Source: Octopus vulgaris (lineage: Eukaryota). Taken from it: DNA of 64,000 nt. Position numbers and translations under genes: made by a program. The notes under the pieces were generated by a model. The model did no database searches. It saw only the letters and a list, made by a program, of their open reading frames with translations, and was not told the DNA's origin. Shown here piece after piece: positions 58,226-64,000 of the stretch. The stretch is from assembly GCA_951406725.2 (NCBI GenBank), contig OX597815.1, forward strand, positions 9,114,001 to 9,178,000, in the 5' to 3' direction. Within the stretch, counting starts at the first letter, position 1; every line of letters starts with the position of its first letter.

Positions 58226-58640
58226 TCTCTCTTTTACTCATTTACTTGTTTCAGTCATTTGACTGCGGCCATGCTGGAGCACCGCCTTAAATCGAGCAAC
58301 TCGACCCCGGGACTTATTCTTTGTAAGCCCAGTACTTATTCTATCGGTCTCTTTTGCCGAACCGCTAAGTGACGGGGACATAAACACACCAGCATCGGTT
58401 GTCAAGCAATGCTAGGGGGACAAACACAGACACACAAACAAACGCACACACACACACATATATATATACATATATACGACGGGCTTTTTTCAGTTTCCAT
58501 CTACCAAATCCACTCACAAGGTTTTGGTCGGCCCGAGGCTATAGTAGAAGACACTTGCCAAAGGTGCCACGCAGTGGGACTGAACCCGGAAATATGTGGT
58601 TGGTAAGCAAGCTACTTACCACACAGCCACTCCTGCGCCT
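58226..58640 (-). mobile_element. SINE family 2
   Basis: Reverse-complement match to 16124-16530. Confidence 0.9.
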
Positions 58641-58999
58641 TTTAAAATAATTTATAGCTTTCATTGATTGAAACTGGTGAACATCTGAAAGCTTTCCGGA
58701 TACCTAACAGATTAGAATTGGTAACCTGACAAAGTGCACGACATCTTTTTTACTTACTGGACCCCTTGACCTTCACAGGCTCTCTTAGATCGGTGAGTTT
58801 GGTGGTATTAATGTTCCTCTTGAAGATTTCTATGCGAACACTCGCGACAAAGAGAATACCCGAGGTTCGACGTTTTAGAAAGGAAGGAATGAACGTAGCG
58901 ATTATTGCGGGGAACACAATAAAGGAGATAAGAGGATGGGGCGGGGGTGGGAGCGAGTTGGGCGGCAAAACATAATTGGAAGTGGTATGAACCTAGCTA

Positions 59000-59233
59000 A
59001 GGTGGCAAGCTGGTAGAAACGTTAGTATGACGGGCGAAACGCTTAGCGGTATTTCGTCTGTCGTTACGTTCTGAGTTCAAATCCCGCCGAGGTCGACTTT
59101 GCCTTTCATCCTTTCGGGGTCGATTAAATAAGTACCAGTTACGCACTGGGGGTCGATGTGATCGACTTAATCCGTTTGTCTGTCCTTGTTTGTCCCCTCT
59201 GTGTTTAGCCCCTTGTGGGTTGTAAAGAAATAG
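59000..59233 (+). mobile_element. SINE family 1
   Basis: Matches 5194-5423. Confidence 0.88.
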
Positions 59234-59394
59234 GTATGAACGTAGACTGCTCTAAGAAGAAGCTGCAGCAGAAGAGGGCGCATAAAGAAAATATTGCGCC
59301 TATGGACCAGAGACTGGAACAAATTTGTGTACGACTTTTTGCCAATCAGTCGGGCAGCCCTTTTCTAGATGCGGTCTAGAATGTCTTTGTATAC

Positions 59395-59644
59395 TTCCTT
59401 CCTTCTCGAGTCATGCCAGGCTCATAAGGGCCGGTTTCCCGGTTTCAGTGGCATAGAAATTCCCCACCTGGACGGGACGCCGGTCTGTTGCAGGATTACT
59501 CATTTTTGCCAGCTGAGTGGACTGGAGCAAAGTGAAATGAAGTGTTTTGCTCAAGGACACAACGCATCGCCCGGTCCAGGAATCGAAACCACAACCTTAC
59601 GATCATGAGTTAAACACCCTAACCACTAAGCCACGCGCCTCCAC
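59395..59644 (-). mobile_element. SINE family 4
   Basis: tRNA-like head GGAGGCGCGTGGCTTAGTGG..TTCGATTCC on the - strand. Confidence 0.85.
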
Positions 59645-59883
59645 TCTTTGTATACTGCAGCAACACCGTCGCAGATGTGAGAGCAATACTCCATTGTGGA
59701 TACCACACGAGCTTTGTAGAGTATCAATAATTGTCGGGGGTTGAGATACCGATTGGACCCGAAGATGCGGTCCTAGCTGTGTTTAACAGATTTTTTTGTT
59801 GTTAGGATAGATCCTCATTGAGAGCGAGACTTAAGGTTGGAACGATTTCCAGGTGCCTTCATATATCAGTAGTTATTTCCAGT

Positions 59884-60270
59884 GGAGGCGCAATGGCCCA
59901 GTGGTTAGGGCAGCGGACTCGCGGTCATAGGATCGCGGTTTCGATTTCTAGACCGGGCGTTGTGAGTGTTTATTGAGGGAAAACACCTAAAAAGCTCCAC
60001 GAGGCTCCGGCAGGGGATGGTGGTGATCCCTGCTGTACTCTTTCACCACAACTTTCTCTCACTCTTACTTCCTGTTTCTGTTGTACCTGTATTTCAAAGG
60101 GCCGGCCTTGTCACTCTCTGTGTCACGCTGAATATCCCCGAGAACTACGTTAAGGGTACACGTGTCTGTGGAGTGCTCAGCCACTTACACGTTAATTTCA
60201 CGAGCAGGCTGTTCCGTTGATTCGGATCAACCGGAACCCTCATCGTCGTAACCGACGGAGTGCTTCCTCC
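59884..60270 (+). mobile_element. SINE family 3
   Basis: GGAGGCGCAATGGCCCAGTGG A box, GGTTTCGATT B box. Confidence 0.9.
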
Positions 60271-60416
60271 ACTTATTTCCAAGTGTGTTTTGAAATGGAA
60301 CTCGAATATTTGATGTCGCTTCTGTCAGATGCTGGTCGTTTGGTTGAGACATATGTATAACATATGTATCGACAATCTTCTGGATTACCTACATATTTGA
60401 TTATGTTCTCTCTTAC

Positions 60417-60735
60417 TCCGCCGGTTACGACGACGAGGGTGACAGCTGATACGATCAACGGAACAGCTTGCTCGTGGAATTAACGTGCAAATGGCTGAGC
60501 ATTCCACAGACACGTGTACCCTTAACGTAGTTCTCGGGGATAATCAGCGTGACACAGAGAGTGACAAGGCTGACCCTTTGAAATACAAGTACAACTCATT
60601 TTTGCCAGCTGAGTGGACTGGAGCAACGTGAAATAAAGTGTCTTGCTCAAGGACACAACGCGTCGCCGGGAATCGAACTCACAACCTTACGATCATGAGC
60701 CGAATGCCCTAACCACTAAGCCACGCGCCCTCACC
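60417..60735 (-). mobile_element. SINE, family 4 head with family 3 tail
   Basis: Blocks shared with both families. Confidence 0.82.
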
Positions 60736-61032
60736 ATTTGATTATGTTACAAGGACACAGATAGATATTCTTCAACTCTTCATTTACCCGGTCACCAACT
60801 TTTCAGTGTCTTCGTTACGACAATATATTGTTAACAGCCTGGATATAGATTCTATGTTTAAATTTTGGTGTGAAGCTGTTTATCACCATGGTATAGTTCT
60901 AATGGAAAACCACGGGTACCCTTTCCTATGAGTGTATGCATTTCTCTAGGGACACTTAAAAAGAATTTCGGTTGTACAGCAAGACTAATTCCCTCCGTAT
61001 ACGCTTGGATATGGAAATACGAATAATACGAT

Positions 61033-61051
61033 ATATCTATATCTATATCTA

Positions 61052-61134
<83 letters not shown>
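61033..61134. repeat. (TATC)n microsatellite
   Basis: Read directly. Confidence 0.95.
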
Positions 61135-61234
61135 ATGCGTATATAGCTTGATCGTACACACATACAGTATATTTATATATATTTAGCATTTAAGTATCTT
61201 TGGTATACATATACATACATGCATAATATATATA

Positions 61235-61277
<43 letters not shown>

Positions 61278-61951
61278 ATGTGTGTGTATATGTGTGTGTG
61301 TGTGTATATATATATATGTATATGTGTATGTATACACACACACACATATATTATCTAACGCGAAGAAGTGTTAGCGGGTCACAACAGACCTAGCGTAAAA
61401 GTGCTTTAGGAAATGAACAGTAAAAATTCCCTGATGAACGAAAGTTAATATTTATCTTATTATGGGTGTGTATGTGTAACATTAGCTAAATGTATATAAG
61501 AATACTTTGTCCAAGTGTGCGTGTGTGTTAATGTGAGACACTTTGTATTATGTTAGAAGCAGTTCTTGAAACAAAAAACTAGCCTGGGATGACGAAGTGT
61601 TCTTTATTGTCTCGGACAGCAATTTTCTTTATGGATAGTGAAAGTATTTGGGTATCTAACGTGGTCAGGTCGTTTGACTTAGTGACTGTCAGATGTTCAC
61701 GACGATTACTAAAGAGAATAAAGATGGAGTAATCAGGGAGAAATAATTTGTGATTAGGATTCGTTTACCTTTTTTTAATGGTTTATTTATAAGAAGAAAG
61801 TCTGCTCTCATGAGCATTTTTTAGTATTTCTGTACCTGGTGGGACTAAATACTCACTCAAATGTTCCGCTAACGGCACCCAAGGGCCAGGTGATCGTGTT
61901 AACAGTATGATGGATTAAGTCTACCGGACAAAACACTGAAGATTGTTGAAT

Positions 61952-62382
61952 TACTCTTTTACTCTTTTTACTCTTTTACTTGTTTCAGTCATTTGACTGC
62001 GGCCATGCTGGAGCACCGCCTTTTAGTCGAGCAAATCGACCCCGGGACTTATTCTTTTGTAAGCCTAGTACTCATTCTATCGGTCTCTTTTGCCGAACCG
62101 CTAAGTTACGGGGACGTAGACACACCAGCATCGGTTGTCAAGCAATGCTATGGGGGACAAACACAGACACACAAACACACACACACACACATACATACAT
62201 ATATATATACATATATACGACAGGCTTCTTTCAGTTTCCGTCTACCAAATCCACTCACAAGGCACTGGTCGGCCCGGGGCTATAGTAGAAGACACTTGCC
62301 CAATATGCCACGCAGTGGGACTGAACCTGGAACCGTGTGGTTGGTAAGCAAGCTACTTACCACACAGACACTCCTGCGCCTA
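61952..62382 (-). mobile_element. SINE family 2
   Basis: Reverse-complement match to 16124-16530. Confidence 0.9.
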
Positions 62383-62884
62383 TTAGATCATCATTTCAAA
62401 TATGGTGATTATTTCGCGTGGAATTTCGAGAACTTAAGGTATCCACCGTTTCTTTTTTTTTTTTTTATCATAGAAAGAAAACTAACCGTTTTGATGAATG
62501 ATTGACAAAAGTTGAAAGGAATTATGTGATTTACAAGAAGAGTCGCTAAATATATTCGTCCTAATATGTTCAGCTATTGAGTACTGTTCACGAGAAACAA
62601 CAAATTAGAAGGATTTCAGAAAATCTGAAGACTGAAGATTTCTATTCAAATCTAAGTGACAATCTGGATAAGCTAAGGTTTTCAGAAAAAAAAAAAAAAA
62701 ATCAACCGATTAACTCGCACATTACAGATACACTCTGTAAGCGGAACAATAAAAATATGCAAGACTTTTCTCAATTTTTATCAATGTGACATAATTTTTG
62801 TTATCTACATTTCAAAGATGGAGCTTTGTATCTTTGCCAGAAACAACTCCTTCCTCAGAAGAAGAATTTAAATAATCAAAAACA

Positions 62885-63377
62885 TCCACCCACCTATCCA
62901 TCCATCCATCCATCCATCCATCCATCCATCCATCCATCCGTCCGTCCATCCATCCATCCATGCATCCATCCATCCATCCATCCATCCATCCACTCATCCA
63001 TCCATCCATCCATCCATCTATCCATCCATCCACCCCTCCATCCGTCCACCCATCCATCCATCCATCCACCCATCCATGCATCCACCCACCCACCCATCCA
63101 TCCATCCATCCATGCATCCACCCACCCATCCGTCCATCCATCCGTCCACCCACCCATCCATCCATCCATCCATCCATCCATCCATCCATCCATCTATCCA
63201 TCCATCCACCCCTCCATCCGTCCACCCATCCATCCATCCATCCATCCGTCCGTCCATCCATCCATCCATGCATCCATCCATCCATCCATCCATCCGTCCA
63301 CCCATCCATCCATGCATCCATGCATCCATCCATCCATCCATCCATCCATCCGTCCGTCCATCCATCCATCCATCCAT

Positions 63378-63408
<31 letters not shown>

Positions 63409-63461
63409 CCCATCCATCCATGCATCCATGCATCCGTCCACCCATTCATCCATCCATCCAT

Positions 63462-63492
<31 letters not shown>

Positions 63493-63541
63493 GCCACCCA
63501 TCCATCCACCCATCCATCCACCCATCCATCCATCCATCCAT
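62885..63541. repeat. (CCAT)n microsatellite
   Basis: Read directly. Confidence 0.97.
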
Positions 63542-63719
63542 TAAGCAAATCGTAAAAAAAAATAATGCGATGTAGAAGTGTTGAAGATTACTACATCAGG
63601 ATGAGATGAAGAGGAGCTGTATAAACGATTGTGAATATTAATGTCACCAAGAAAATAATTTCAAAAAAAGTTGGAATATAATCGAAATCATCGAAGCAAG
63701 AAGAGGTAGAGTAAATGTG

Positions 63720-63898
63720 GTGGTCGGAGGAATTCGGAGATCAGTGGATGAGGCAATTTTTCTCCTACCCTGATGTAATCTCCAGGGATACAGGCATCCA
63801 GCAACAGGACCTCCGTAATGCTATGATGGACCGTGAAGTCTGGCGTAGCATAGTAAATTCCATTGTCTCGACCACGGTCGAACAATGATGATGATGAA
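63720..63898 (+). mobile_element. RTE/RTE-X-like LINE 3' end
   Basis: YPDVISRDTG..DLRNAMMDREVWR; (TGA)n tail. Confidence 0.75.
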
Positions 63899-64000
63899 GA
63901 GAGATTTTGAACTAGAGCAACCAGAGTTCTGTGCCAAGAGAGGTGAGCGGCGGGAACAGCAACATCTATACATACACAGATACTTTCGGAGTTTAGTTTG

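Noticed and set aside
58755-58880. Possible upstream exon with a strong donor
   Set aside because: No AG after the pyrimidine tract and no clear homology
59884-59960. tRNA genes
   Set aside because: tRNA-like heads continue into SINE bodies present in many copies
61980-62505. Recurrent [19 protein letters not shown] ORFs
   Set aside because: Antisense translation of SINE family 2
62812-63575. MDGW/HPSI ORFs, superficially reflectin-like in Met/Asp content
   Set aside because: (CCAT)n microsatellite open in several frames; no reflectin motif

Overview
AT-rich, microsatellite-dense eukaryotic genomic DNA; the SINE families look like those of octopus/cephalopods (my recognition, not a database result). 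Almost all ORFs in the track are microsatellite or SINE read-throughs. (1) 50-25470 is an array of a ~2.1-2.3 kb three-module unit (about 8 full or partial copies) in three orientation blocks (-, +, -). Each copy carries a Tc2/pogo-type MITE, and individual copies took up different SINE, RTE and Penelope-like (PLE) insertions in their (TA)n/(TG)n tracts. (2) PLE remnants (three GIY-YIG fragments) and fold-back elements in (TA)n tracts carry about ten hammerhead-ribozyme (HHR) motifs, some canonical and some with recurrent core variants. (3) A spliced minus-strand lipocalin-like gene not represented as such in the ORF track (exons near 54.8, 52.4, 48.5 and probably 38.0 kb), possibly multi-domain. 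(4) Helitron-type elements, Tc1/mariner remnants, CR1/RTE/R4-like LINE fragments, two candidate solo LTRs and many tRNA-derived SINEs. Repeat boundaries are approximate unless a terminal motif is quoted.
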